The notes under the pieces are model-generated. The model made no database searches, was not told the origin of the DNA, and saw only the letters and a list, made by a program, of their open reading frames with translations. The translations under genes and the position numbers were made by a program. Positions 26,301 through 41,300 of a stretch of DNA of 64,000 nucleotides are shown one piece after another. This DNA comes from Vicugna vicugna (taxonomy: Eukaryota), in assembly GCA_013265495.1 (NCBI GenBank), contig MU058198.1, forward strand, positions 6,401,779 through 6,465,778. Reading direction: 5' to 3'. How positions within the stretch are numbered: the stretch's first letter is position 1; the number at the start of each line of letters is the position of its first letter.

Positions 26301-29300
26301 TCAGAAATAAGCTTTGATAAGAGACTCTCAAGTTTAAGCTTCCATCACACCATGCAAGTTATCTGGCTAGAGACGAAGCAGTGAAGACTATGTTTGGTTT
26401 CTGCCAATTTTGTACAGCACCACAGACATTAACAAAATATATAAAAGCTCATAATTCAAAGATAATAAATAATAAACCTTAAACAAAGTGAAGCAGCCGT
26501 CTCAGAGCTTACAAACACCAGACCTTCTAATAAGCCTAAGTGGGTAATTTCTCCCTTTCCTGAAAAAATTACCAAGTAATCTGTGGAGTGGTAACTTTGA
26601 GACTATGTAAAACATGCCGTTCCCAACAAACACCTGTTGAGGATCCTGCGTAAATCATTCTTGTCTTAGTGGTTGCAAACTGGTGAAAATTTTCTCTTTT
26701 TCTGTTTATTAGCTAAGTATTCCTCTGTAAGAAGAGCTTTCCCTCCCAGATCTTTTTTTTTTAATCATATGGATGCATGGATTCTTTATATTCAATATGC
26801 TGTAACTCATTATCATCTGTATTCTTTAAGGATCAAATTGTCAAGTTTGACCAGGAAAATTCCTTTCAAGCTAGCCTCTGTGTCCTTTTTGTATGCTCCC
26901 AACATTCTTTACTGACACGATTCTCCAGGATCAACCTGCACCAGACTTGGAGCATTTCTCCAAGGAGCTCTGGTTCCCATTAATGGAGAGTGTATTTTAG
27001 AATACATAGGGCAAATTTAGAATTTACAGAGCAAACTGACCCCTAGTGCCTCGATATGATGCAAGAAGGACACATCATCAACCTGCGTAGTATTCTTGCT
27101 AAAAATGTTTAACTGCAATGTAATACAGAGAAAAACAACTAGACAAATACAGATTTTTAAGATTCTCTTAAAAAAAAAAAAATTAAGGTCCAGATCTCCA
27201 AAAAGTCACTTTCTCTTTCTCTCTCTCCACCTGACCCCTGCCAAACACACATAATTTGGGGAGTTGGCTCTAGATTACAGGAGATAAACATACCGTGTGT
27301 TTCACAATTAGTTATAACTTGGATCCACAAAATATATATCTATAGATATACCTGTAAAAATGACATTCCTGGGTCAACTGGGAAAACCTGAATATGGAAT
27401 ATATATACATATACTCTATAAAATAAGAGATGACATAACTGTATCTACGAAAGTCTTGAGTGTTGATAATGGTATTATGGTTACATAGGAGAATGTTCCT
27501 AGGAGATACATGCTGAAGGATATAAAAATGCAGTGACATGTCTTCAATTTATTTTCAAACAGTTCACAAAAAAAGTATGTGTGTGCACATGTATATACAG
27601 AGAGAAAGCACAGGGAAAAAAGCAGCAAATATTTATAACTGACGAATCTAGCTTGAGAGTATATGAGTATTCATTTATTTTTGCCCTTATCTATAGGTTT
27701 GAACTTTTTCAAGATAAGAAGTTAGACAAGAAAATAAGAAAATAAGTTAAGTACTAATTACATTAAAGCAAGAAAATAAAGATATTGGGAGTTTGAAATT
27801 CATAGTGACCAGGCAGTTATTTGTATTTTATATTAAATAAAGTACCAAACATAAGGAGGAAGGCATCAAAGTCTGTCTTTGGGAATCTAAGAATTTCAGT
27901 CAACCTACCAAATTTATAGAGCTCCTTAAGGGTGAAAGGAGGAGCTCTAAAATGTGCAAGACATTGTGTTTATGAGGAAATTAGAGTGTCTTTCTTGGAA
28001 GAAGCTTTCTCTAAATTTTAAAAAGGAAAGCAGTATTTTTTTAAAAAGAACAAAAAACCTTTAACCACCACAGTAAATAAGACTCTATTATTTCTAGAAC
28101 AGGGGTCAGAGACTTATTCTGCAGAAACTAAAGCATAAATATTTTAGCTTTGCCAGGCCATCCACTCTCTGTCTCAACTATTCAACTCTGCCACTGTAGT
28201 GCAAAAGCAGCCACAGATGATATGTAAATGAACGGGCATGGCTGTGTTCCAATAAATCATCATTTACAAAAGCTCTTGCTCTAGAGCAAGCCTTCTGGGC
28301 AGTGTGATCTCTGCGATATGGCCCCATCTCTAGTCCCCATTCCTCTATCCCTTCTATATGTCACTTTCCTAATGGCTTCCCACTATCTCTAAAGTTTCTT
28401 AAAGTGTGGTCCCTGGATATCCTGCTTCAAAATCACTTGAGGTTCTTATTCAATATGCAAATACCCAAGCCTTATGCCATTCTGCTATTACCACAATCTC
28501 TGAGGGAATATGTTCCTCAAGCAATTCTTCTGCACCCTACAGTTTCAGTCACTGGTCTACAGGGTAAGATTCATGGCATTCAAGGTGAAACACTTTCATC
28601 CTAAAATGCCCATCCAGCCTCGACTCCCACCACAGAAACTGCTCACCACCTCCCTAACCATGTGACTCTATAGCATGTCTGTGTCTTGGTTTGTGCTGTT
28701 CTTTCCTCCTGAAATGCCTGCTCCACATACCCTCTGCTCCTAGCTCTCATCTGATGAATTCCACTTACTCCAACCAACACCTGCCCCAGATATAATCAAA
28801 CAAACTTCTCCCTTTCTAAGTTTGGAGGTAGGAGTTTTTTTTCTTTTCACGGCAGCCACTACAGTTCCTTTTTCATCTCTAAAATTATCTGGGGCCAGAG
28901 GACAGAGTCTTTCTGAGAACACACAGATGGAGAACTATACTTACACATCAATGAGATCAGGCTTCAATACTGATGGCACGGCAGTCTCAATGTTGTACAA
29001 TTTTATCTGAGATCCATACAAAGTGACTTTAACCAACCTGTTGGCAAGGAAGCGGGTAAGAAAAAACATTCAGCTCACAGACTAAAACAGACAAAATGGA
29101 CAAGGTACCAGCAAAGGTCTTGAGGACAGACTTTTTTCATTCAGAAAAGAATCAAGACCAGGTGTTCAATTTTATCCCAAAGATATAATCTGAGATGTAC
29201 ATATAGATTTATATATAAAGCTTCACTTACAGTCCCCCCAAATTTTGAAAACAATATAAATATTCAACACAGAGAACATAATATAATGTAATATAATACA

Positions 29301-32300
29301 CACAATAAAAATGATTAGGATGGAAAATTTTATGCTATGTGTACTTTACTACAGTAAAAAAAAATTGGGAAGAAAGTATATGTTTCAGGTGGATGGACAT
29401 ATGATAAACAAAATACAGCAAAATGTTCACTGTAGAATCTAGGTGATGGGTATATGGATATCCCCTATATAATTTTTTTTAACTTTCTGAAGATCTGAAA
29501 ATGTTCATGATAAAACACTGGGAGCGGGAGGCACACAAAAGTGTCTAAAATAGATTAAAGTATTTTTCACTTCAAGCACAATTCTTTAAGAAGCAAGTTA
29601 CTGAGCCCTCTGGTTGCCCAAGGGCTCACTATACACAAATGAACATAAAATACAGTAATTAACAGCCAGCTCTACTGGAAATGGGAAATGCCTCTTTCAT
29701 TAGAGACAGATGTTCCTTTCTGAGTCGAGGTTAAAAAACAACAACTGGCGAGTGGCTAAGTTTTATCTGTCCCTACTCCGTAAGGAATCCTGGGAGCAGG
29801 TCTGCGAGGGACACAGGGAAGACAGGGTGTGTTTCTCGCCCTCAATTCAGCAGTGCAGAGGGTCCCAAACTTCACTGAGCATAAGAATCAACTGAGGAAC
29901 TTGTTACAGATGCAGCTCACTGGTCCTGCCCACAGACTGACTCGTAGCTGTGGGGAGAGGTCTGGAAATCTGCATCTTTGAGAAGCATCCAGGGGACCCT
30001 GATGCATGTGGCGCATATTCTGAAAAATGTTCCTCCCTGAGGAGGGGAGAAAGCAGGACTTTAATAGAAAACCACAAGCTTGAGCCACAAATTATTCAGG
30101 GTTAGGGAGCAGTCAGAAAGGCATTTCTAGTCAGCCAAGGAAGTAAGGGTAAAAGAGCCAAGAGTTCTCAATCTGAAGTCCTAGGAAGGGGGGTGTAGTG
30201 GTAATAATTAGGCATCAAAACAACTACTATCAGTAAGTAATACACCAAAGTGCACTCCGTATTCAATTTTTTAAACTGTTCTACATTCTTTACATCCATG
30301 CTGTTGAGTGTACAGTTCAGGAACATTAAATATATCCATAATGCGGGGTAGCAGAGCATAGGTTGAGCATGCATGAGGTCCTAGGTTCAATCCCCAATAC
30401 CTCTATTAACAAATAAAAATAAGTAAAATAAAATCTTTAAAAATATATATATGTATTCATAAGTGTAGCCACCCCCATCATCCATCTCCATTACTCTTTT
30501 AACTTGTAAAACTGAAACTCTATATCCATTAAATAACAACTCTCCATACCTCCTCCCACCCCAGTCCCTGGCAACCCCCACTCTGCTTTCTGTCTATGAT
30601 TTTGACTACTCTAAGTACCTCACGTAAGTGAAATCATAGTTTGGGACTTTACGTTGTGTTTTTACATTCAGTAGCATTCGCTAATGTTGTTCTACACTAA
30701 AAATGAACTTCTAAATGTGTCTTTTAATATTTCTATGTTTTTAATATTAGGTGTATTTTACGTAACCTATAAGTGAAAACACTACTAATCATAATGGCTA
30801 TTAAGATCACGTAGCCTTAACAAGGAGGCTTTTCTCCTGCTTTATTCTGAATGAAGACAAGATAGCAAAGTATCTTTTAAGTACTGAATCTGTAAACTAA
30901 GCAGTGCAGAAACATGTACATATAAGGACTTATAAAATAACAATTCAGGATCTCTAATCAGTCATCTCACTATGAAGCTGAGCTATCTGATGAATAATAC
31001 ATTGCTTATGTTTAAATTTTAAAAATATGATAGAAAGACATGTTCTATTTCTACTATCAGTGGAAACAGGCCTAGGGCAAGAAGAGGAAAAAGGACTCTG
31101 GAAGTAGACGCTCTGTGGTCTGGAAAGAGTGTAGCATTTGGTCAGGAAACTGGTTACAGTCCACGTGCTCCCTTCTCATGAACTGTGTGACTGAGGCAAG
31201 GCACTCATCTTCTCTGGGCTATAATCCACTCGGATGAAATGACAATACCTGGCCATCAAAGGACAGAATGAAAGAAAATGTACAAAACTACTTTGAAAAC
31301 TTCCTGCTACTGTATGCCACTTTTATTATTAATATTAATCTGACTTTTTAAGATTTATTTAAAATTCTTAGTTATCTTTGCTTTTAAATTAGGACTAATG
31401 AAAAATCTGGTATGCAAGTACTTAGGCTTGGGGCCTAGTTCCCCATCATGTGTTACCAAGGATACAGCTACTGGGCCAGTGAAATCATCAGGTGTCTCAA
31501 ATTTGAGCTGGACCCACACCCACCCAGTTTTGATCTAATCAAATCGCTGGTTACCTTGAAATGATCTGACCCTCCTGTCACTTGTATTTTGAGCAAATGA
31601 CTTTTTAAGTGTATGCATTCATGAGAAGGGAGGGGGAGGACTAGGTAGTATGCAATGACCCTCAACAAAGGCAGCCATGAACCCTGTGAAGGAGTCTCAA
31701 GGAAAAAGTAATAAAAGGAGCTCAGTGGTGGGAAGGTCAGGAACCACCCCTCAGGTCAGACCTGGAGGCCGCCCAGCTCCAATTCCTGAGGACCCTAAGA
31801 GGACTAGGAAAACCAATCCCCTTCTAATAGGACTGCAAAAAGCCCCCCTCTGGCATTCAACTGCCTACTGGGATAGTGCCTACTGCTTACTTGTTTGTCC
31901 TTTTATTGACAGGGCTTTCCTAACGCCTCTTTATCCTATGAGCAAAGACCTAAGACTGACCTCATTCGTTCCTTCCGAGGTTAATCCTGTCTTCACACCT
32001 ATATATATATATGTAAGATCTCCCATGAAATAACAGCTTAGATTTATTACCTGCTACGCACGAGGCACCGTGCTCACTGCCTTATCTCATTTAATTCTCA
32101 TAATAAGCCCACAGGATATGACGTCTACGCCACTGCACAGACGAGGGGCCTGAAGTTCAGAGAGGGTAAGTGACTGCTCCCTATTCCCTTGTATGCGGCA
32201 GAGCCTCCATTCACCTGGCACCAGAGCAGAAGCAGCCTGGCAAGACGCCGCCCCTCACATAAGCAAGGACAATTGAGCTCCAACCCACCTCTCCACCACG

Positions 32301-35300
32301 GTGAGGGCATCGCTGAAGCGCGAGGCAAACACGTCCCCGATGAAATACTCGGCCAGGCGGCCCGCAGCCTGCAGGAGGGAACTCAGGTCTCGCAGCGAGC
32401 AGTGCAGGCGCCGGCAGTCGTTCTCCGCCGTGATGTTCAACCTGTGACCTGGAACAAAGCACCTCAGAAGGTTTTCCACAGGAAGAACACGCTGTCGTTA
32501 CCACTACAGATAACAGCTCATCCAGGCAAGCAACATTTAGCAAAAACAATTTTTGAAATACAGCAACCCACAGACTGCTGCCCAGTAACTGAGCAGGGAA
32601 ACTGGCTGGTCTCCAGCCAGACCCACGTGTATCCCGAGGCCAGAGGGAGAGACAGATAGATTGGAGGGAGAGGGACAGATGGCCTGGGGCATGCTCCCAT
32701 GGACCAATCTGATTCATGAGCGGATTCCTCTTGACCCTGTGAGGTAAAACACCGCCAATTTTACATACAAGGAAATGCACCCAGGGAGGCCTAGTAACTT
32801 GCCCAACATGGGTCATATTTTCGGGGCAGAGTTGGTCTCCTAAGTTAAGCCTATGTGACTCCAAATCTGCTGACCTTCTGCACACAGCCTCATTTCACAG
32901 AAGTGAAACCTTCCTGGGCTCACAGGTCCGGCTCATCCCTGTTCAAAGCACTGGGTGTACTCAGCACTCCACCTCAGAAGGTTTGCAGATCACACCGTAT
33001 GGAACAAAGGCACAGGACTTGGATTCAGGAGACACAAGTTCCCTGTCATCTGCAGGCTCTGTACCTCAGGGAGCCCTTCTAAAGCTCCTCTATAAGTTTC
33101 CTCATCTTTAAAATGGAAACAACCACTACTACCTAATTCGCTACCGTAAGGGCTGAGTTAGAATGCGTAAAGAATCCTGTAAACTGTAGAGTATTATTCA
33201 TTGTTCATAATGAGTAACAAAAAGCTAGTGATTTTCTAAGGCCCAAAACTTTCCTTCAACATAATGCCTTCAAGCTGAGCAAGGAGGAGGCAAAAGTGAA
33301 GAACAAAAACATCCTCAATTCAGCCACCTTCTTGCCCTTTGGACCCTTCTCCCCACAAAGGTCCACAAAAGACAGTAAGGACTGCCAAGCTAGAACACCA
33401 AGTCCCACTTCTGCATCCAGGAGGAGGAAGGGACAGGCAGTTAAGAGTAAGATCCCTCCGGCCAAAGGGGGAAAGCCTGACCTCCCCAGCCTCAAGTCCA
33501 GGTCTCTGTGACTTCACCTCCTCCTACAATTCCACTCTACCATCTGGACCCACTGATAACCCCCGGTGCCTTGTCTCTGCACAAGCTGGTGTCCCTGCCT
33601 GGACTCCCCACTTCACCCTCTGGCCACTCATACCTCGCACACTCTCACATATCCTGAAGACTCACCGAAGTATCAGCTTCCCTCCCCTCCTCCATCCCTC
33701 CAGGCAAACTTGCGCACACAGAGAAAAACTACTGATTTACAAATTTGTCTCCTCACTGACTATGAACTCCTCCATGGTGAGGGGGCTATGCCCAGCACAG
33801 CACCTGGGACAGAATGAGTGACCACATGTATTAATGAATTCGATACAAAAGAACAGAGCAAGCTAGAGCAGGAGAGGGAGACTTAGGGGGCTGAATTTCC
33901 TCCTACTGCCCTTGGGAATATTCACTTTACTATTTAAAGGTGAATATGGATAATCAACACGGGTGGAGAAGAAAAAGGAAGGCTGACACCTACAAGAGTG
34001 ATGGATGAGGTAGCAAGTTCAGTGCTCAGTTCCTATACCAACTTCCAAGTGGTGAAGCTAGAACAGAGCCTGTGATAGCCCTGAAGGGGGGGACATGAGC
34101 CTGAAAAAGGGGATACTTTGGCGAGGACATTGTTACAGAGGGTCACACCCCAAGGAGCAGGAGAACAAAAGGAAAGGGCAACTGAAGGAGACAGCCAGGG
34201 ACAAAGCCTGTCCCATGACCCTATCCCCCCACACCACATGGAGAGCAGAATCTCAGTGCAGAAGACACCCAGTGGGATTCTCAGCCTGCAGGCAGCCCTG
34301 CCAAGGCCACTGGGTGGGCATCTAAGGAGGGTGGGCCAGCTCCTCTAGTCAGAGCAAGTGGGCGACCACCCCATACCACCAGCCAGATGAACTCTCAGAA
34401 TACACAGAACCAAGAAGTGGTTTTGGCCATGCGGGTCATATGAGAGAACAATGCCTCTCTCCTCTTCCAGTTAACAAAAGTTCCACAAGTATACACCTTT
34501 CCAAATGTCAAGGATTTTCAGTTACTGCTACGTAACCAAAGCCCAGGGTAAACTAAAACCTGCTGTTCCACCTGTTTGCACTCCAACCAAGCCTTCGGGC
34601 TCTGCGGGAAATAAACCCTTAAGAAAAATATACCCTGGAACTGGATGTGGTGGTGGTACAGGCTTCAAAAAGAGATGAGGTCAGCTTTTCTTTCAAAGAG
34701 CAATGTGCACAGGTTTTCAATCAGCATCAGTAACCCCTCACTCTCCCTGCACGCACCCATCTTCACTGTCCACTCCACCTCCCACCGAGCTCTACCCTGA
34801 TGACTAGTTTTCAACTTATTCACTGTTCTTATATATAGAACTAGGCACCCCTAGGTACAACCAAAGAACTAGTTTCTTAACTACTTTAAGCATGAAGGGA
34901 AACATTCTGTGTTTCTCTTTTAAAAACTATACCAAAACACCACCCTAAATCAGGTTTCCCTAATAAATGATCATTAGACAGCCTAAAAGTCATCCTGAAC
35001 AGGTCTGCCCCTCTTCCCCTGCATGTACACACACACATCTGATGCATGCTTTCCTCACTTTCTCACCTGGCCCTTCAGCCTCTTCCTGGACACCTCAACT
35101 GACCACTACAGAGCCCAGCACCTCTTCCATCTTTGAACAGCTTGGTCAAAAGCACAGAAGAAATCTTTGTCTCCCTATGATTCCTCTTCATTATCCCTAG
35201 TTTCACCCTTTGAGGGCAGAACAAAGAATAAGCCTAAGCCTGTGGCCACATGACAGTCTTGGGGAGATGTGGAGACAAGGGTCACATTCGTGCAAATCTC

Positions 35301-38300
35301 CTCTTGGCTGAAATACACCTCTAGTAAGGACACAAGCAGCACAACAACCGATAAAAGAATTTCTCAAACCACAACCGGTGGGAAAGACAGGGAGCAAAGG
35401 ACGACTCCCGGTGGCAGGAGAGGCACAGCCACAATGTGCTCTGCCCTGGGCTTTACTGAGGAAGTGGAAGCAGGACAATCAACAATCACAAAGCTAAGAC
35501 TCTCATCTCATCTCAGGCTCCAGAGGAGACCCAAGAACTCAAGCTGGCCAGAGGGTAAATGCAACTGAGAGGAACAGGCCATAACCCACCAGGGGAAAAC
35601 ACAATGTGGTTTCTGGGAAGAGGCAGTAAGGCTGACTAACATAGCATGGAGGTTATGTGAGGGGTAAATGGTCATGGGAACCAAGGAACAAAACGTTTTC
35701 AGAGTTTCCATTTTTTAATAGCCTTTGCATTGGAAACTTGGCTTTTGCTTTGTCATGGATAAGAGAGCTCATTTTAAAACAGGAAATAAGTATTTCTCTG
35801 GCTGGAGAGGTTTTGCCACTGGAGTATATGCACCAAGGATCGGTGCTAGGGATGAAATTTAGAAATGACCCGGAAGAACCAAGCGCACTATGAAACTGCC
35901 AGTAAATGCGCCTCAGTGAGCACAGGTTTACGTGATATTTCACTTAGGGAAAAATAAATTAGACTATCCTTCTCACTTGAGAAGCTCTAAGTTATCAGAT
36001 ATGTCTCAGAAAAAGAACTTAAGGGTCACTACAGATTTTCACCTGAAGATAGACTCAACAAAATATAAAAAAGTAAGCTACTAACACTGAAAAGGAAGTT
36101 TAGGGGTCAATTTGGGGGGAAAGGAATACATGCTCAATTTTTTAATTAAGATCAAAAACAATGTTTTTAGGGCCTTTAGGATCAAGAGGGACAGACCACC
36201 ACAGTACGATTTTTCCCAAGAATGGATTCTGGAAACATTTGTAGCATTTGTACACAGTCAAATGACCTCCATTAATGTTGACAGCATATTTACAGGCATG
36301 TTTGCTTTGAAAAGTGGTCTTTCTAAAGTTCTGCATGAGCTGTTCCTAGCCTATCTACACAACCAGGCCTGTAGTTGGGGCATGCCAAGTCCCGTCAACC
36401 TCCTGGGGCCCAGTGGATTATTTAGGAGCTAATATAGTCATGGAAACAAGCTGTCACAGGCCACCAAGAAGGGCAGCCTCAGAAAGAGCCTCCCGGGGAG
36501 GCTCTGCCACAAATAGCAAGCCCATCCAGACGATAGGCTGCACCCTGAACAGCTCTGTGCCAGGCTGAAACAACAGAGTTACACAGCAGAGGAACCACAG
36601 GCCAGGGCCAGGCATAACTCTTGAAAGGAAAATTGAGTAAAAGAGTGGTGTGAAATGACTGTGTGTGTGTGCAGGACAGGTGTGTGTGTGCAAGCACAAT
36701 GTTAAGTTTCTGGTATTTTAAGCTGGCAGAATGAATGTCAGATTTTGGTTAACTGAACTTTTTAATCATCCCCTATTATACTGGGGACGGTATCTCAGGA
36801 CCAGCACTAACAGCTATGTGAGTTTCGGTAAACTAACATCTCTGAAAATCAATTTCTTCTTCTGTAAATAAAACAGGGTAACTACTATTAGCACTTACAC
36901 CTCACAGGACAGTTCAGAGAACTAAATTAAGATATCATAAGCGAATAATACAGTGCCTGGTATGTAATGAGTATTCTACAAATAGAAGTTATTGTTGTTA
37001 TTATTAGCAAAATAACCAAAAATACTAACCCTAAATCCCAAGCTGGTGAAACCTGCAAACAACAAGCCAAAGCCTTTTCAACCCGCTACAGTCAGAGCCT
37101 CCCAGGGCCATTTACACAGGAGAGCTAACAATCCCTAGGATCAGCTCCCTGAGTCCTGAGTGGCTCCTATGTCCTCCTGACCCTAAAGGCCAGAAGAATA
37201 CATCGCAGGAAAGTCCAAGGCCAATTTTTTCTTGCTGGTTTAAAAGACAGAGAAATATTCTAATTTCTAGGGTTTAAAAAAAAAAGTCTTTCCTCTTTGC
37301 TCCAAATTAGATTCTTTTCTTTCACTGAAACACTTCTTTAGAATATACTGTCTCAGCCCCATCTTTTACCTCCCCCACAGCTCCCTTTTATCATGTTTTT
37401 TGGGTTTTTCTGTTTTTTTTAATTTTCTCTGTTTAGAAACGGAGGGAGATGGAGCCGCAGGGAAGTGGAGAAATGGTGTTCTGACAACAAAGAAGGCAGT
37501 AATTAAATATTAGTCCACTTTTTTCTGAATGTTGGTTAAATTAGAAAATAAAAACCAGTTTACCTGACCCTGAAGTAACTATAAACTGCTGTAACCCCAG
37601 ATAAACTTCTAAATTGTCCTGAAGAACTGGGAACTGAAAACAAAGAAACAAAGATTAAAAAAAAAAAAAACCAAAAATGTGAATTGTAATAGCATTTCAA
37701 CATTAAAAGAAGTACCTATGGCTGGGGGCAAGGGGGGAGCAGGACAAAAAACTTTTCTCTGGGAACCTCTACACGTAGCTAAGAAGAGCTTTCGGTGCCT
37801 CCCACCCCCAACAATTTCTACAATTGAAAGCATCAGTTAATATCTGAATTAAGAAAGAAAATAACATATCAGCCTGATACTCTTTTTCTAAACAAAGCAC
37901 TGGATGCCGGGTATGATTATTAACACTATTATGTTCCTAAAAAAGGACATCAAGCCCCCAAATGATCTACACCTTCTAGAGCTCTGAGACAGGGCCTACC
38001 TCCCTTCAAGTCCAAGGGAGACCCTGCCCTTGAAAGAAGCAGCAGATAAGTCTTATTAAAGTGCATGGCACAGTGAAAAGACAGCCAAATTATCTGCAAG
38101 TCAGTGTGCCTTACTCATTTAGCAGACAGGACCTTCATAACCAGAGCTGTATCCTTCTTTCTAAAGCTGCTAACTCACCATGAAGATAAAATTAAGCCTT
38201 TAATATTACAGAAAGGCAGATGGCAAAATAAAATGGCACTCTCCGTAAGAGAACACAAGATACAGCTGGACTGTGCAATGCAAAGCTGGCTCCAATAAGT

Positions 38301-41300
38301 CATCTTGCCTTTGAAGGAGAGATGGACTTAATGAAATCACCTCAAATAACAAGCATCACTTAGTGAATGAAATCAATCCTTGTGACTAAAGGTGCTTGCA
38401 CATAAACATAAGAGTGCCCAGCAATTTGCCAAGAGTAAACTTTCTAAAGGCTAGCTTTCCAGCAACGTAATTTTTATAGGTAAATTTTCTACTTGGCTTT
38501 GCCACTTACGAGCTACTGATGAAAGCATGAAGGCATTAGTACACATTATATCCAAGAGATTAGGAAAGAAAAGCAGGGCTTCTAAAAGTTGATTTTAAAA
38601 TATTTTGGGAAAATGTTAACATTCGTTAAATTTGAGGATCGGTTATGGTAAGTACTATTCTCTGTTTAAAATATACGTATTTTATAATACTGGTGAGCAA
38701 AAAAAGCCTTACTACTCATGCTATATGCAGGGAAACAATTAGGCTCTTTGTTCCCCTCCAAATGGTTGAGTTACCAGTGTTGAGAAGGCGTGTGTGGGAA
38801 GGAGCTCCATCACTTTGGCCACTACCTCCAAGCTCTGGCGTAAGTACCGCTGCCACTCTGTTTGCTGCTGCAGGGGAAACACAGAGGGATCAGCTTTCCC
38901 AGGCAGGCACAGTCTCTTTATCTTCCCTGCCAATCTGTCCTCAACCTCAAGTCCACCCTTAGACATAAATATTCTGAATAACAAATAATGAAACCAGGTT
39001 ATTTGGTACTTTAAAAAGGCCAAGCTAAAAAAATTGTTTAATCCAATGAATTAATTTCATAAGAAGTTATTTCCTCAAAAAGCAAATGATCCCATAGAAT
39101 GACCTTCTTTTCTCCCTATTGTCACAAGAGTAAGAGACTTAAAAAGCCACCTGTGAAATGCTCGAGTCCTCTTTACGTCATCCCAGCTATAGGGATTGGT
39201 CATTCATTACTTTCTGAGACAGCCCATTACTAAGCTGGAGAAAGCAAAACTGACCACACTAGCGTCGCGCAAAGCAAGGTCTATGGACAGGCAGCTTCAG
39301 CGTCTCCCGGGGGTTTGCCGAAATGCATGCTCTGTGGCTGCGCCCCAGACCTCCTGAATCAAAGTCTGTTTAACAAGGTCTTCTAGTGATTCTTACCCAT
39401 GCTAAAATATGAGATTCGCTGGCCTATATCAGACAGTTAACAGGAAGTGAAGCCAAAGTTTACCCAGCTCCTACTACCCACCAGGCACAGAGCCAGTATA
39501 CCCACATGTATTACCTTCACATAACTGTCAACACAGGTCAGCCAGATATATCCTTCCCCTTTTAGGAGCTGAGGAAATTAAAGCTCAGAGAAATTCAGTG
39601 ACCAGATCTCCATCTCCCAAGGTTGCAGAGATTCAAACCTGGCCATCTGGTTCCAAGTACAAGGCTATTTCTAACGCAAGTATGGCTGCCCTCAAGGTCT
39701 TGATCATGCCACAATCACTGTTATTTTAAGAGCCATAGCAGCAACTTGAAAATTTTTAAATGCAGGGTGGTTAAGGGACACTGGGTTGTGTCCTTATAAG
39801 ACATTTTCCTTACCAGCGTTGGGCACACCAGCATCAATAAATTCAAGATTAATTTTAAGAGATATCAGTTTACAAAATACAGTCAAAGAAGACTTCCTTT
39901 CATTCTAGCCTTATCATTTAAATATCTCTTTTAACCAGTTCCACCAGCATCCAGCTAACTTTTATTTGTTGCCAGAGTCTGGGTGCAATGCAGGAGAAAT
40001 AGGAGGGATCCAGAGCTCTTACTAAACCATTTTTCGCTGTACATGTGGTTTCTCTATTTATATCTCTGGTCTATATAGGTAAATGCCTGCAAAACTTCTT
40101 TTCTTAAAACAGTTAATGAACCCAAGGAAACCAGTAGGATATACATTTCAAATGCATAACTCAAACTTTAAGACTACTCTGGCTTAAAAACAGTCTCCAG
40201 AGCAAAGGGCTACAGGTCCCAAGTCTCCGTTTCATTCACACCACAGCATGGCAATGACTAAGGTCAATCGGGGGTGTTGCTTACATCGTCATCCAGAGTC
40301 TCGTCATCCAACTCCTCCAACTGGGCCTGGTTGTATCTGAACTGGATTCGATTCAGCACCTCCGTGAGCAAGAGGACTAAAGCATCTTCGTACCTATGCG
40401 GCAGAGAGAAATGCAACATCAGGTGAGAGCAGGCTTTTAGCCTAGGATTTCAAAAAGGCCTCTACACTATGAAGGGAATGGTGTCTGTGTCGGATTACCA
40501 TGCACGAGAAGCATCTAAACTAAACTTAGTTTATGGGATGGCAAGTGAGAGTAGAACAGCAGCAGGGGTGTTTATTTATTTAGTTATGTTCTAGGCACCT
40601 TCTTGATGGATTGACCATGTTATCATTATCCAATGTCCCTCTCTGGCTCTGGTAGCAATTTTTGTCTTAAAATCTATTAGTACAGCTATGCTAGCTCTCC
40701 TTTGGTTACTGTTTGCATGGAGTATCTCTTTCTATCTTTTTACTTTAAACATACCTGTGTCTTTACAATTCAAATGAGTCTCTTGTAAAAAAAAAAAAAT
40801 CCAGCTACCTGTTGTACAATCCATTCTGCCAGTCTCTGCTTTTTAACTGCAGAAGTTCATCTTTTATACTTAAGGTAATTACTGATAAGGAAGGACTTAC
40901 TTCTGCCATCTTGCTATTTGTTTTCTCGGTCATACTTCTTATTCCTCAATTTCTCCAGTACTGTCCCCTAGTGTGTTAAACAGATATTTTCTAGTGCCCT
41001 ATTTTAATTCCCTTGCCATTTTATCATATTTTTAAAGCTTTCTTCTCAGTGGTTGCCCTAGGATTATAAGTACTATATATGAGTGTCAATTTAATGAGTC
41101 AGTCCTTTTAACAACTGTGAGAAGTAGGTGATATTATCGGTATTTTTCTGATGAGGAAACCACAGTTAACAGCAGTCAAATACATTGCCTAAGGTCACGA
41201 AGCTAGGGCTCCCTAACGCAACATCTCATGTTCTTCTCTCTACACATAAACCACCAACAGGCTTTGTGCCTGCTCCACCCACTCCCCAAAACTTAAACTT

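Noticed and set aside
28275..28290. 16-bp perfect palindrome CTTGCTCTAGAGCAAG
   Set aside because: Sits at the MER58A end and its palindromic hAT target site; no independent evidence of function.
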